Of a stretch of 64,000 nucleotides of DNA, positions 55,536 to 64,000 are shown in pieces. A program made the position numbers and the translations under genes. The stretch lies in assembly GCA_024711295.1 (NCBI GenBank), contig JANJTB010000033.1, positions 76,617 to 140,616 of the forward strand, read 5' to 3'. The first letter of the stretch is position 1; every line of letters begins with the position of its first letter. The notes beneath the pieces are model-generated. The model did not search any database, had not been told where the DNA came from, and saw only the letters and a list, made by a program, of their open reading frames with translations. The stretch is from a bacterium (GTDB taxonomy: Bacteria > Bacteroidota > Ignavibacteria > Kapaibacteriales > UBA2268).

Positions 55536-57821
55536 TTAACGACGTCTTGGTCCGCCTCTTTCAGGCTCCCAGTCAATTGGAATTACTAATTCACGTTCTT
55601 CGGGTTGAGATTTTACGTTATTAATAGGATTTGTAGCAACACCAATTACCGTAACTTTGAAATCTCCTCTAACCTTACTTTGTCCAGGTTCCAGTTTACC
55701 CTGAACATCAAATTCTAAGACATAACCGTTTTCAGGATCACCATCAAGTGATGGTTCGGTAGTTGCCTGATATGATGTTAAGCCGTTCAATTTATCAACT
55801 TCACCCTTCACTGAAAGATTTACAACAGCCTTTTTGCTATCGTCACCGGTACCAGGAGCAGTTACATTGATATTTGTTACTCTAACTTTGAATTTAGCTG
55901 ATGTACCTGAGCATGATACTCTGAGAGAACTTGTATTGATAGATGGCTCTTCTTGTCTGATATCATAAGATACAGTAGGTAAAATGTCAATTTCTTGTTG
56001 AGTATAAGGTTGAACCCATGCAATTCTTACGTTAACTTTTCTAGCATCAGGAGTAAACTTGATACCTGTTTGATTAGTAACAGCTAAACCTGTTATAGGA
56101 GCACGCTGGTTATCAACATCTGAAGTTACATAAATCTTGAACTCATTAGGTTTAATCTTACCGCCTGATGTTGGTTCAGCATTGAATACTAATGGATATC
56201 CAAAGTAAGCATAAATTGGAATTTCGGTTTTGATTTTTCTTTCACTAGCATCAGTAAGTGAAGACTTAAATACTTCAAGAGTTTTGCTTTCGACTCTGCT
56301 CGAACGACCTGATAGTCTGTGAACAACAGAATATTCATATTTGCCCGGAGGTAATACTTTATCTACTGAAGCACGATACATGCGGCGCTCGTTTGCAACA
56401 GGAGTAGAATAACCTAAACCGGCAATTTCATCCAAAGGTTTAAATATTAACGAAGCAACTCTGTTGCCGGCAGCATCCATAACTGAACCTTCCAAAGTGT
56501 TTTGGCCTGGTTGATATGGGCTTATCTGACATTCAAATACAGCAGGAAGCTTGTCGAATGTAGCAACATAATCAGGAATTGTTGCGATTGGCTCAGCAAC
56601 ATTCGGCTTAGGAGTTACAACACGAATATTAAACTCGATTGAACCACGGTTTTGGTCAAAGTTTGAAGACATACCCGGAGCAAGGAGCTTAACAATATAA
56701 CCATAAAGGTTGATATTACCAACTACTTCTTCGGCTTTTTCTTCGGTAGCAGCTTTCAATTTTGCTTCTGCAAGCTGTTTGTCGAAAGCTAATATATCAC
56801 CATCTTTTGATAAATCTTCTAATGTAGGAAGAGTATATTTATCTAATCTGGATGTCAATTCTTTTTTAACTTTTCTTAAATCTGATACTTTTAATTGAAC
56901 GGTACCAATATTTACAGTAGCATCATCGCTTATTTGTTCAGGAGTAACACCGGCTTTGACACCGAGAATACGGTTTGTTCGTGATGAGAATCTTAGTTTG
57001 TACCATCCGGCTTGAGAAGGAGGCTGGAAATTGACAACAAATGAACGTTTTTGAATTTCATTGCTGGCAGTGATATTCTTCATAGTTTCTACATCAGAAT
57101 AAAAGAATGCACTATCTTCGGGTACTTCTTTAGGATTGAAAGTAGGTCCAATTTTTTTCTTGTTTGCTTCCGGGTACATCGGCTTAAGCTGAGAAATTGA
57201 AATTTCTGATAAATTGATATTATTGAATGTACCATCTTTATCCATATTTAATTCCTGCAAGCCCAAAAATTCCCAGTTAACATCAGGTAACGTTCCTGCT
57301 ATTTTGGAGCCCGGTGCTAAAGAATTGAAGTCGATCTTTTGCTCTTTAATCTGATCATCTGTAGGAAACATAGGTGCACTATTCGGATTTTGGTCGGAAC
57401 TAAAAAACACCTGATATTGAATTTGCTCAACATTCGCAAGCTCGACAAGCTTTTTGATACGATTAACGTATTCTTTTTCAGTCTCAAACTCACGTTTGGC
57501 AAGTGATGTACTTACATCAGTTACACCGACCTCGACAATATACTGTCGGTTTGATTTAATTTCACCACCCATAATAGTTTTCATATCAATTCCGGGGGGT
57601 GGAATTGTAATCTCATCTTGCGGCCTTGTATTGATACCTTCGGTACCTGATCCAGACTGCAGCTGCGAAAGAATACTTTCAACTATTCTCATAGCTTCTT
57701 TTTGTTTTTTATGCAAGTGTTCTTCGGCTTCGTCTCTTTCGACGATGATAATTAAAAGCTCAAGAACTACTGCCAGATAAAGCACGAAATAAACCTTTCC
57801 GGCTCCTCCACCTTTCGACAT
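55536..57821 (-). CDS. Hypothetical bitopic inner-membrane protein with a large beta-rich periplasmic region
   Basis: 761 aa. MSKGGGAGK, then a single TM helix VYFVLYLAVVLELLIIIV. Charged helix (ERDEAEEHLHKKQKEAMRIVE), a second coiled-coil-like stretch (FDKQLAEAKLKAATEEKAEE), ~450 aa of Ig-like beta-rich sequence, and a basic tail ERGGPRRR. First gene after a 370-bp AT-rich spacer. Confidence 0.5.
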   Translation of the reverse strand: MSKGGGAGKVYFVLYLAVVLELLIIIVERDEAEEHLHKKQKEAMRIVESILSQLQSGSGTEGINTRPQDEITIPPPGIDMKTIMGGEIKSNRQYIVEVGVTDVSTSLAKREFETEKEYVNRIKKLVELANVEQIQYQVFFSSDQNPNSAPMFPTDDQIKEQKIDFNSLAPGSKIAGTLPDVNWEFLGLQELNMDKDGTFNNINLSEISISQLKPMYPEANKKKIGPTFNPKEVPEDSAFFYSDVETMKNITASNEIQKRSFVVNFQPPSQAGWYKLRFSSRTNRILGVKAGVTPEQISDDATVNIGTVQLKVSDLRKVKKELTSRLDKYTLPTLEDLSKDGDILAFDKQLAEAKLKAATEEKAEEVVGNINLYGYIVKLLAPGMSSNFDQNRGSIEFNIRVVTPKPNVAEPIATIPDYVATFDKLPAVFECQISPYQPGQNTLEGSVMDAAGNRVASLIFKPLDEIAGLGYSTPVANERRMYRASVDKVLPPGKYEYSVVHRLSGRSSRVESKTLEVFKSSLTDASERKIKTEIPIYAYFGYPLVFNAEPTSGGKIKPNEFKIYVTSDVDNQRAPITGLAVTNQTGIKFTPDARKVNVRIAWVQPYTQQEIDILPTVSYDIRQEEPSINTSSLRVSCSGTSAKFKVRVTNINVTAPGTGDDSKKAVVNLSVKGEVDKLNGLTSYQATTEPSLDGDPENGYVLEFDVQGKLEPGQSKVRGDFKVTVIGVATNPINNVKSQPEERELVIPIDWEPERGGPRRR

Positions 57822-58190
57822 GCTATATGCCTCCTAAACAATTCATATCAAATTTCTATTTTAACTATTTTAGTTTCAAACTTAGTAAACTATTCAAAAA
57901 TATCATAAAAAACGAAAAAACAAAATTTTGGAAAAAGAATTATGAATTTTAAACCAAAATCAAATTTAATATACAAAATAATTTTCTAATAATGAATATA
58001 ATATTAAGAAAATTTCATAATTTTAATTTTTTTTCTGATTTTTTATTTTACAAATTTTTACTAAATTATCAGAATTTTTGAAAATTAATTAATCTGTTTT
58101 CTATATTCAAATTTTTACAAACACTAATTTACTTTATTTCTCTTTAATATCAATAGATTTTTTTTCATTTTTAAATTTTATTAAAAAATA

Positions 58191-58799
58191 ATGGATTTTT
58201 TTTATAAGTTCCTTCTAAAAGCCAAGCCTTCTGAATATTTGTCTAATCTAAAGAAAAACAATAAACTTGGCAACTACCCCATGCTTTTGTTGCTTAATAA
58301 TTGCATACATGACCCTTTGTGGCATCCGGAAGGAAATGTTTGGGAACATACTTTAATGGTGCTTGACATTGCTGCGGAGTTGAAGGAAAATATATCCGAT
58401 GAAAATGAGAAACTTGCATTTATGCTTGGAGCTTTGTGCCATGATTTGGGCAAACCATTTACAACTGACTATCAAAATAAGAAAGTCCGAAGTCTGATGC
58501 ACGACCAAATTGGCATCATTCCTACAAATATTTTACTTGATAAGCTAATGGTTAACGATTGTGTAAGGGAAAAAACTATTGCTTATGTAAAAAACCATTT
58601 AGTACCATTACAGCTCTATAGTAATATGAATAATGTCTCTGATAGAGCAATCGAAAAGTTAGAGAAAAGAATACATATACCTCATCTTGTATTACTAACA
58701 AAAGCAGACCATTGGGGTAGGACTGATGATGAAGCACTTAAAAGAACCTGCGAACCTGCAGATTGGCTACTTTACAGATACAATAAAATTTTGGGGTAA
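58191..58799 (+). CDS. Stand-alone HD-domain phosphohydrolase resembling the C-terminal HD domain of class II CCA-adding enzymes
   Basis: 202 aa. WHPEGNVWEHTLMVLDIAAEL and GALCHDLGKPFT closely resemble the bacterial Cca HD-domain motifs (WHPE...HTLM..., LCHDLGK). No nucleotidyltransferase head is encoded upstream. Confidence 0.6.
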   Translation: MDFFYKFLLKAKPSEYLSNLKKNNKLGNYPMLLLLNNCIHDPLWHPEGNVWEHTLMVLDIAAELKENISDENEKLAFMLGALCHDLGKPFTTDYQNKKVRSLMHDQIGIIPTNILLDKLMVNDCVREKTIAYVKNHLVPLQLYSNMNNVSDRAIEKLEKRIHIPHLVLLTKADHWGRTDDEALKRTCEPADWLLYRYNKILG

Positions 58800-58805
58800 C
58801 AATTT

Positions 58806-60677
58806 CTATTTAAATATTTTTTGCAATGTTACTCGCCTTAACCTTTTTCGATACTTATTAATATCTTCGTCAGATTTTTTAAGTAATGGTTCACGTTCAC
58901 CTGCTGATCTTGTAGTTAAGATTTTTTCAGGAATCCCAAGCTTAATGAGTTCAGAAGCAAGAAAATCAACCCTTCTTTGACCTAATCCCATATTGTAATC
59001 ATCTGATGCTACATCATCAGTATGACCAACAAGAATAATTTTTTCGATTCTGTCGAGCGAGAGCATTATATTTGAGGCGACCAACTTTAATTCCTCTATC
59101 CAAATCCTACCGGTTTCTATTCCGTTAGAATCCAATGTAAACTTATATGGGTTTTTGTATTCATCTGTTGGAAAATTGAGTCGTATTTCACCAATTTCAG
59201 GTAAATAAAAGTTCATATCCATAGTATCCTGAGAATAATCAGGATTTACCAGCACTCTTTTCGAATCATAAAAATACTCCTTTTTTTGTGCTGTAATTTC
59301 ATATTGCTTATTCCTTTCAATATCAAAAACAAAATCACCTGTTTTTTTTGATATTACAGACTTTTCCAAATTATCATCTTTGGCACTTATGTTAATTGTA
59401 GCTGAATCTATTGGCTCACCGATTTTTGAAAATACCTTTCCCTTAATTGTAACATTCTTTTCAACTTTATCAAAGTTTGGTTCTTTGGGCTTGGCTTGGT
59501 TCAAATCAGTATTGATAGTTTCATTTGCTTTCACATTAGCAATTTTTTCCTGCATAACGGTCTTAACTTTATAACAAACCATGAGGTCAAATCCACCACG
59601 GGCCTCAACAAGCGAGCTTTCATTTGAATATTGATTTGATGAATAATAGATAATATCTTCAAAATCGCTAATACTTGATGGAAATATTTCATCATTGGTA
59701 GTATTTACAGGTGATCCTAAGTTTACAGGATTGGAGAATATGTCATTTAAATCATCATCATTAAAAGATATTTCAGTATAAAACTCGGATTTTATGTCAG
59801 AATAAAAAATATCATACCCACCAACAGTTTGATGACCAGATGAAGCAAAGTATAATCTCTTTCCATTCTTAGAAAAATAAGGTGAAATCTCGTCACATTT
59901 AGAATTTATTATACTCCCTAGATTGATAGGCTTAGTCCATGTCCCCTGTTTTGTTTGAAAAACACACCAAAGGTCATTACCACCATACCCATCACTCTTA
60001 TCTGAAGAATAAACTATTATTTTACCATTTGGTGCAATCGCAGGGTGGCCGGCCCACTCCAGTGAGTCAACGACCTGATTATCGGGCTGGTACAAGGAAT
60101 TAATACTATTCCCTGAAAGATTTGCAATAGTGATTCTTCCTTTTCCTATAGACTTGCTTTCAGGTACCATTTGATATGAATTTATTTCTTTAATTATATT
60201 TTTACTGACCATCGGAGAGTATGTAAATGCTAAAATACCTTTATTATAAGATGATGCACCATTGTGTCCATCATTGAAACCATCAATTCCGATATCAGTA
60301 CTGAATTTTTCTTCATTGAGTCTTCTGACAAGTATTGACTTATTAATTCCTGACTCACTATATGTCATGATAGCTTTATTATCACTTATAAATTCAATTT
60401 GCCACTCATCATCCGGAGAATTTAAACCCTTAACTGTTTCAATCCTGTAATAAAAGCCCTTTTGTTTAAGCAAAGAACTAGATGTGTCATATAATGATTT
60501 ACCATTGTATGTGTTTGGGTAGCACCCTTGAGGAATTTCCTTGCAAACCGGTGTTTCTAATTTTGAAGACGTAATAATACATGAAGAAAATGAAGCACCA
60601 AACAAAATAATTATACTTATATAATATAGAATCTTTTTGAAATAACAGGTGTGAAATATTTTTGTCAAGTGCTTCAT
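58806..60677 (-). CDS. Lipoprotein with PD40/TolB-like repeats, a carboxypeptidase-regulatory-like beta-sandwich and a C-terminal OmpA domain
   Basis: Lipobox FGASFSSC. PD40 units (SSDKSDGYGGNDLWCV, FASSGHQTVGGYDIFYS). IKGKVFSKIGEPIDSATINI. OmpA-C ILVGHTDDVASDDYNMGLGQRRVDFL and RRVTLQKI. Architecture parallels 5403-6869. Confidence 0.8.
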   Translation of the reverse strand: MKHLTKIFHTCYFKKILYYISIIILFGASFSSCIITSSKLETPVCKEIPQGCYPNTYNGKSLYDTSSSLLKQKGFYYRIETVKGLNSPDDEWQIEFISDNKAIMTYSESGINKSILVRRLNEEKFSTDIGIDGFNDGHNGASSYNKGILAFTYSPMVSKNIIKEINSYQMVPESKSIGKGRITIANLSGNSINSLYQPDNQVVDSLEWAGHPAIAPNGKIIVYSSDKSDGYGGNDLWCVFQTKQGTWTKPINLGSIINSKCDEISPYFSKNGKRLYFASSGHQTVGGYDIFYSDIKSEFYTEISFNDDDLNDIFSNPVNLGSPVNTTNDEIFPSSISDFEDIIYYSSNQYSNESSLVEARGGFDLMVCYKVKTVMQEKIANVKANETINTDLNQAKPKEPNFDKVEKNVTIKGKVFSKIGEPIDSATINISAKDDNLEKSVISKKTGDFVFDIERNKQYEITAQKKEYFYDSKRVLVNPDYSQDTMDMNFYLPEIGEIRLNFPTDEYKNPYKFTLDSNGIETGRIWIEELKLVASNIMLSLDRIEKIILVGHTDDVASDDYNMGLGQRRVDFLASELIKLGIPEKILTTRSAGEREPLLKKSDEDINKYRKRLRRVTLQKIFK

Positions 60678-60695
60678 TATTCTAAACCTATATAT

Positions 60696-63125
60696 TTATT
60701 TCCAATAATCAATAGATAAAATTGGCATTGGAATGCCATTATTTTCAATCAGGAATTTTAAATCATCAAATTCTGTTTTTGCTTTTGGAATGTTAACTCC
60801 GAAAATGCTTCCGAACAAAGCAGAGAAATCAAAGAACTGGCCTGTAGGATATTCTTTGATATTAACTTTTTTATTTTTTGGGATACCGGCAGCTTCTTTA
60901 GCAATGTTGATTGCATCAATTAAAGTTCCTAAATTGTCAACCAAACCAATTTTCAATGCGTCGTTGCCAGTCCAAATTCTACCCTGAGCAATTTCATCCA
61001 CTTTTTCATAATCCATTTTTCTTGCTTTCGCAACTCTGGAAACAAAATCTTTGTACAATGTTTTAATCATTTTTTCTCTTTGCTCTATCTCGTCTTTATT
61101 AAGATTTCGTACAGGCAATCCTATAGGAATAAAAGGTAATGTGAAAGAATTACCCAAATCGGCATATTTTCCTTTTTTAACATAATCGTAAGTAATACCT
61201 AAAGAGTCTTTCAGCCCCTTGTCGTATATCCAGGCACCGATAACACCTATAGAACCTGTTATAGTATTCGGGGCAGCAACAATCTTATCTGCCTCCATTG
61301 ACAGCCAGTAACCACCGGAAGCAGCCACTGAGCCTTGTGAAACAATCAGAGGTTTTTTACCCTTATTTTCCTGTATCAGTTTGGAGATGTAATCAGAAGC
61401 CATAGCATCGCCTCCCGGAGAATCAACTCTCAATACAATTGCCTTAATTGATGATTTCTCGTACGCCATTCTTAATAAATCAGACAACATTCTTGCTCTT
61501 ATACCGGTATTTAAGTCACAAGCACCCTCAGCATAAATCACTGCTATACTTTTCTCATCTTCGCCCCATTTATTGTCAATAGGTTCAGGGTACATATCAT
61601 CAGCAAATATATTTTTGAGGCCGGCCGTTTTATCGTATTCTCTCATAAATTTTTGGAGATTATTCCACCTGTCGAATTTATCTACTAACTTCTTTTGTTG
61701 TGCTTCTTCAGGCATAAATCCCATTTGGTCATTAACCAAATTATCAAAGTTATCAGTTACTCCCTTTCTAGATTCAAGGATCTCATTCTTAGCCAACTCA
61801 TACCAGTCATCAACAAGTCTTTGTCGCTGCTCACGGTCACCTTCCGAAAATTCTTCTCTTGAAAAGTTCTCAGCTGCAGATTTATATTTGAAATATCTGA
61901 ATTCCTCATATCCAATATCTGACTTATCGAGCAACTTTTTATAAAAACTTCTACCTAAGGAATACCCTTCAATTGACACAAATCCAAGCGGGTCTATAAC
62001 AACTTCATCCCCTACTGATGCAAAATGGTAAATGTCAATATTAGCCCTGTCAATAAAAACAATTACTTTTTTGCCTTTAGACTTAATCTCTTTTAGTTTT
62101 TCTCTTATTTCCCAAAGCATAGTTCTCGAAGCAGATAATTGTGTAGCGTTTACAACTATACCTTTTACATTTTTATTATTTGAAGCTTCGTCTAGTGCAT
62201 CAAGTATTTTCAATAAAGTTTGGGAATTATCAAAAAATACATTTTTTATATATTTAATATTTGAACTTAGATCCAATATCTTATATTCCTGTCTTGCAAT
62301 AACATCTTCCAATACAGTTCTGTCTTTACCGCCAAATCTGATACCATAGGTTGAAGAAATTAAGCTGTTATCAGAATTTAATAAATTAATGTTTGATAAG
62401 TCTGAATTTCCGAAACTAAGATTGACTCCCAGAGTTATTCCCTCTGTCTTCATAAAACGACGAGCATTTATTCTTACTCCGGGAACAGGTTCCAATATTA
62501 TTCCTGCACTCCAGTTAATATCTTTAATATTCTGTTCATTCAACTGGGAAGCATCAGCATATAGTGTAATCAATTCATTGCCGAGTGGCCTTATGCCAAG
62601 CTCTACAACCGTTTCGGCATCTCGGTTATCGAGTGCAAAAGAATAATTACCCGCGATGGACAAATAAGATATTGGCCTGTACAATGCACCCACTGCCATC
62701 ATATTATTCGAACGTCTGATATTGCCACTTGTATTTGTCCAACCATAAGTGAGCCCAAGACCGAATACTTTACTGCCAAATCCCAGTGATGTTCTGTAGT
62801 CAGTATAGCTGTTATCCCCAATATTGACTGTCATGATACCGAAGCCTGACTGCTTCGACGAGTAGAAAAAACCATACTTATTGAAGTCAAAAAGCTTTTG
62901 GCCCATATCATTTACAAGAAATGCAAGGTCAAAATTTGAATTATTATAATTTAGCATAGCTGGATTATCAAAACCCCAAAGACCAGTCTTAAATGCACCC
63001 GGAGATGCCATCTGAAAGTCAACAAGATCGTAATAAGTTGTAAAAGAACGCTGACTACCTGTCTGAGAATAAATATTAGTTATGCTTAAAATAAGCAATG
63101 TTAAATATAGTACGTTTTTTTTCAT
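60696..63125 (-). CDS. sppA: Signal peptide peptidase SppA (67K, tandem S49 domains) with an extra N-terminal beta-barrel-like domain
   Basis: The start ATG at 63125 gives signal peptide MKKNVLYLTLLILSITNIYSQ. About 270 aa of beta-strand-rich sequence follows. Then two S49 domains (GIVVNATQLSAS...; IKAIVLRVDSPGGDAMASD, VSQGSVAASGGYWLSMEADKIVAAPNTITGSIGV). Confidence 0.85.
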   Translation of the reverse strand: MKKNVLYLTLLILSITNIYSQTGSQRSFTTYYDLVDFQMASPGAFKTGLWGFDNPAMLNYNNSNFDLAFLVNDMGQKLFDFNKYGFFYSSKQSGFGIMTVNIGDNSYTDYRTSLGFGSKVFGLGLTYGWTNTSGNIRRSNNMMAVGALYRPISYLSIAGNYSFALDNRDAETVVELGIRPLGNELITLYADASQLNEQNIKDINWSAGIILEPVPGVRINARRFMKTEGITLGVNLSFGNSDLSNINLLNSDNSLISSTYGIRFGGKDRTVLEDVIARQEYKILDLSSNIKYIKNVFFDNSQTLLKILDALDEASNNKNVKGIVVNATQLSASRTMLWEIREKLKEIKSKGKKVIVFIDRANIDIYHFASVGDEVVIDPLGFVSIEGYSLGRSFYKKLLDKSDIGYEEFRYFKYKSAAENFSREEFSEGDREQRQRLVDDWYELAKNEILESRKGVTDNFDNLVNDQMGFMPEEAQQKKLVDKFDRWNNLQKFMREYDKTAGLKNIFADDMYPEPIDNKWGEDEKSIAVIYAEGACDLNTGIRARMLSDLLRMAYEKSSIKAIVLRVDSPGGDAMASDYISKLIQENKGKKPLIVSQGSVAASGGYWLSMEADKIVAAPNTITGSIGVIGAWIYDKGLKDSLGITYDYVKKGKYADLGNSFTLPFIPIGLPVRNLNKDEIEQREKMIKTLYKDFVSRVAKARKMDYEKVDEIAQGRIWTGNDALKIGLVDNLGTLIDAINIAKEAAGIPKNKKVNIKEYPTGQFFDFSALFGSIFGVNIPKAKTEFDDLKFLIENNGIPMPILSIDYWK

Positions 63126-63277
63126 AATGCACCCATTTAAAAAAATCAAAATTAACTATTTAATCACTATTTACAAAAATATACGTTAACTTTGTGAATT
63201 AGTTCGATTATTTTGGTATTTTAGATAAATGCTTTTTTGTAAAATTCGTTTTTCTATAAATAAAAAACTTATAAAAA

Positions 63278-64000
63278 ATGATAATGGAATTCTCCGATAT
63301 TTTATACAAACCATATTTTTCAAAAGAAGATATTATTCAGCTTTTGAATTCAGACTATGAGCAAAGAAATTTGCTTTATAAATATGCAGCTGAAATTAAA
63401 GAGAAATATATAAGTAAAACAACTTATTTCAGAGGACTTATTGAGTATTCCAATATCTGTTCAAAGGATTGTTTATATTGTGGAATAAGAAAAAGTAATC
63501 ATAACTTAGAAAGATACAATCTGAGTGATGATGAAATAATTAATGCAGCTGACTTTGCAATGAAAAATAATTACGGTTCTATAGTTTTGCAGGGTGGTGA
63601 GATTGAATCTAAAAATCAAACAGAACGGATATACAAATTAATTACTAAATTGATGGAAATAAGTAACAATCAAATAGGAATAACCCTTTCACTAGGAGAA
63701 CAATCTTTCGACACTTACAAACTTTGGAAGGATGCAGGTGCAAAAAGATACTTGTTACGTATCGAAACAACAAATCAAGACTTATATAAGAGAATCCACC
63801 CAAATAATAAAAAGCATGACTTTGAAAGAAGAGTTGAATGCTTGAGGGATCTAAAACAAATTGGTTATCAGGTTGGTACAGGTGTTATGGTTGGTTTACC
63901 GTTTCAAACAATAGATGACATTGCTTCAGATGCAATGTTTATGAGGGACTTAGATATAGATATGTGTGGAATGGGACCATATATCGAACATCAGGATACT
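63278..64000 (+). CDS. hydE: [FeFe]-hydrogenase maturase HydE-like radical SAM enzyme (5' part; runs off the window)
   Basis: Own translation from the ATG at 63278, open to the window end: ...TTYFRGLIEYSNICSKDCLYCGIRKSN (CX3CX2C in HydE/BioB context), GSIVLQGGE, RYLLRIETTN, GYQVGTGVMVGLP. Confidence 0.75.
   Translation, partial: MIMEFSDILYKPYFSKEDIIQLLNSDYEQRNLLYKYAAEIKEKYISKTTYFRGLIEYSNICSKDCLYCGIRKSNHNLERYNLSDDEIINAADFAMKNNYGSIVLQGGEIESKNQTERIYKLITKLMEISNNQIGITLSLGEQSFDTYKLWKDAGAKRYLLRIETTNQDLYKRIHPNNKKHDFERRVECLRDLKQIGYQVGTGVMVGLPFQTIDDIASDAMFMRDLDIDMCGMGPYIEHQDT

Noticed and set aside
55536-57821. Calling the 761-aa bitopic protein GldM/PorM
   Set aside because: The topology and the N-terminal Gly-rich/TM start are reminiscent of GldM/PorM. 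However, there is no adjacent gldL/porL, gldK or gldN, the protein is ~250 aa longer, and I could not align GldM-specific motifs by eye. It is kept as an unknown pending profile searches.
57877-57884. Minus-strand TAAGTTTG (Bacteroidetes-type -7 TAnnTTTG element) ~56 nt upstream of the envelope operon
   Set aside because: No TTTG -33 element at the expected ~19-nt spacing, and it is unknown whether this lineage uses that promoter type.
57942-57989. 15-codon mini-ORF (MNFKPKSNLIYKIIF) in the 370-bp spacer upstream of the envelope operon
   Set aside because: Weak SD and composition indistinguishable from the surrounding AT-rich DNA. ORFs of this length are expected by chance.
58051-58118. 11-nt direct repeat CAAATTTTTAC (58051-58061 and 58108-58118) in the divergent intergenic region
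   Set aside because: Low-complexity A/T sequence. A repeat of this length is not clearly above chance, and no matching inverted copy or operator-like symmetry was found.
1-64000. Search for CRISPR arrays, tRNA/rRNA genes, transposases, integrases, phage genes, toxin-antitoxin pairs or known defence-system enzymes
   Set aside because: No regularly spaced repeats, no G+C-rich structured intergenic segments, and no ORF with recombinase, nuclease-helicase or defence-type motifs. The window looks like core chromosome rather than a mobile or defence island.

Overview
AT-rich chromosomal segment, roughly one-third G+C by eye, densely packed with about 50 protein-coding genes. I found no rRNA, tRNA, CRISPR array, transposase, integrase or phage genes. 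Starts are mostly preceded by Shine-Dalgarno-like GGAG/AGGA motifs.

Gene content: many envelope proteins (a TonB-dependent receptor, PD40/TolB-like beta-propellers, OmpA-C domains, and a 1330-aa surface protein with a T9SS-type C-terminal sorting domain), two paralogous ECF sigma/anti-sigma modules, a sigma-54 two-component pair followed by a chemotaxis cluster (cheR, two cheY-like genes, a cheZ-like gene, cheA), and housekeeping genes (rlmB, ppk2, clpS, dnaX, bcp, tatD, upp, UDP-xylose synthase, nagZ-like GH3, icd-like, nadC, nadA, sppA, partial hydE). This points to a motile, probably anaerobic member of the FCB superphylum, Ignavibacteria-like. That assignment is inference only.

The best candidate for an undescribed system is a four-gene operon on the minus strand (50774-57821). 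It encodes a 761-aa inner-membrane-anchored beta-rich protein, two paralogous proteins with outer-membrane beta-barrel-like C-termini, and a vWA-OmpA peptidoglycan anchor. I could not place the first three in any named family.

Other notable observations:
- A CheW domain split by an inserted CZB zinc-binding domain.
- A run of 10 A in dnaX with immediate stops in both alternative frames (candidate tau/gamma recoding).
- A TatD ORF that runs without a stop into a signal peptide plus beta-barrel module.
- SppA carrying an N-terminal beta-barrel-like extension.
- Anti-sigma factors with beta-barrel-like C-termini.
- A GLUG-repeat gene interrupted by an in-frame TAA.

All functional calls rest on motif recognition by eye. 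No database searches were run.
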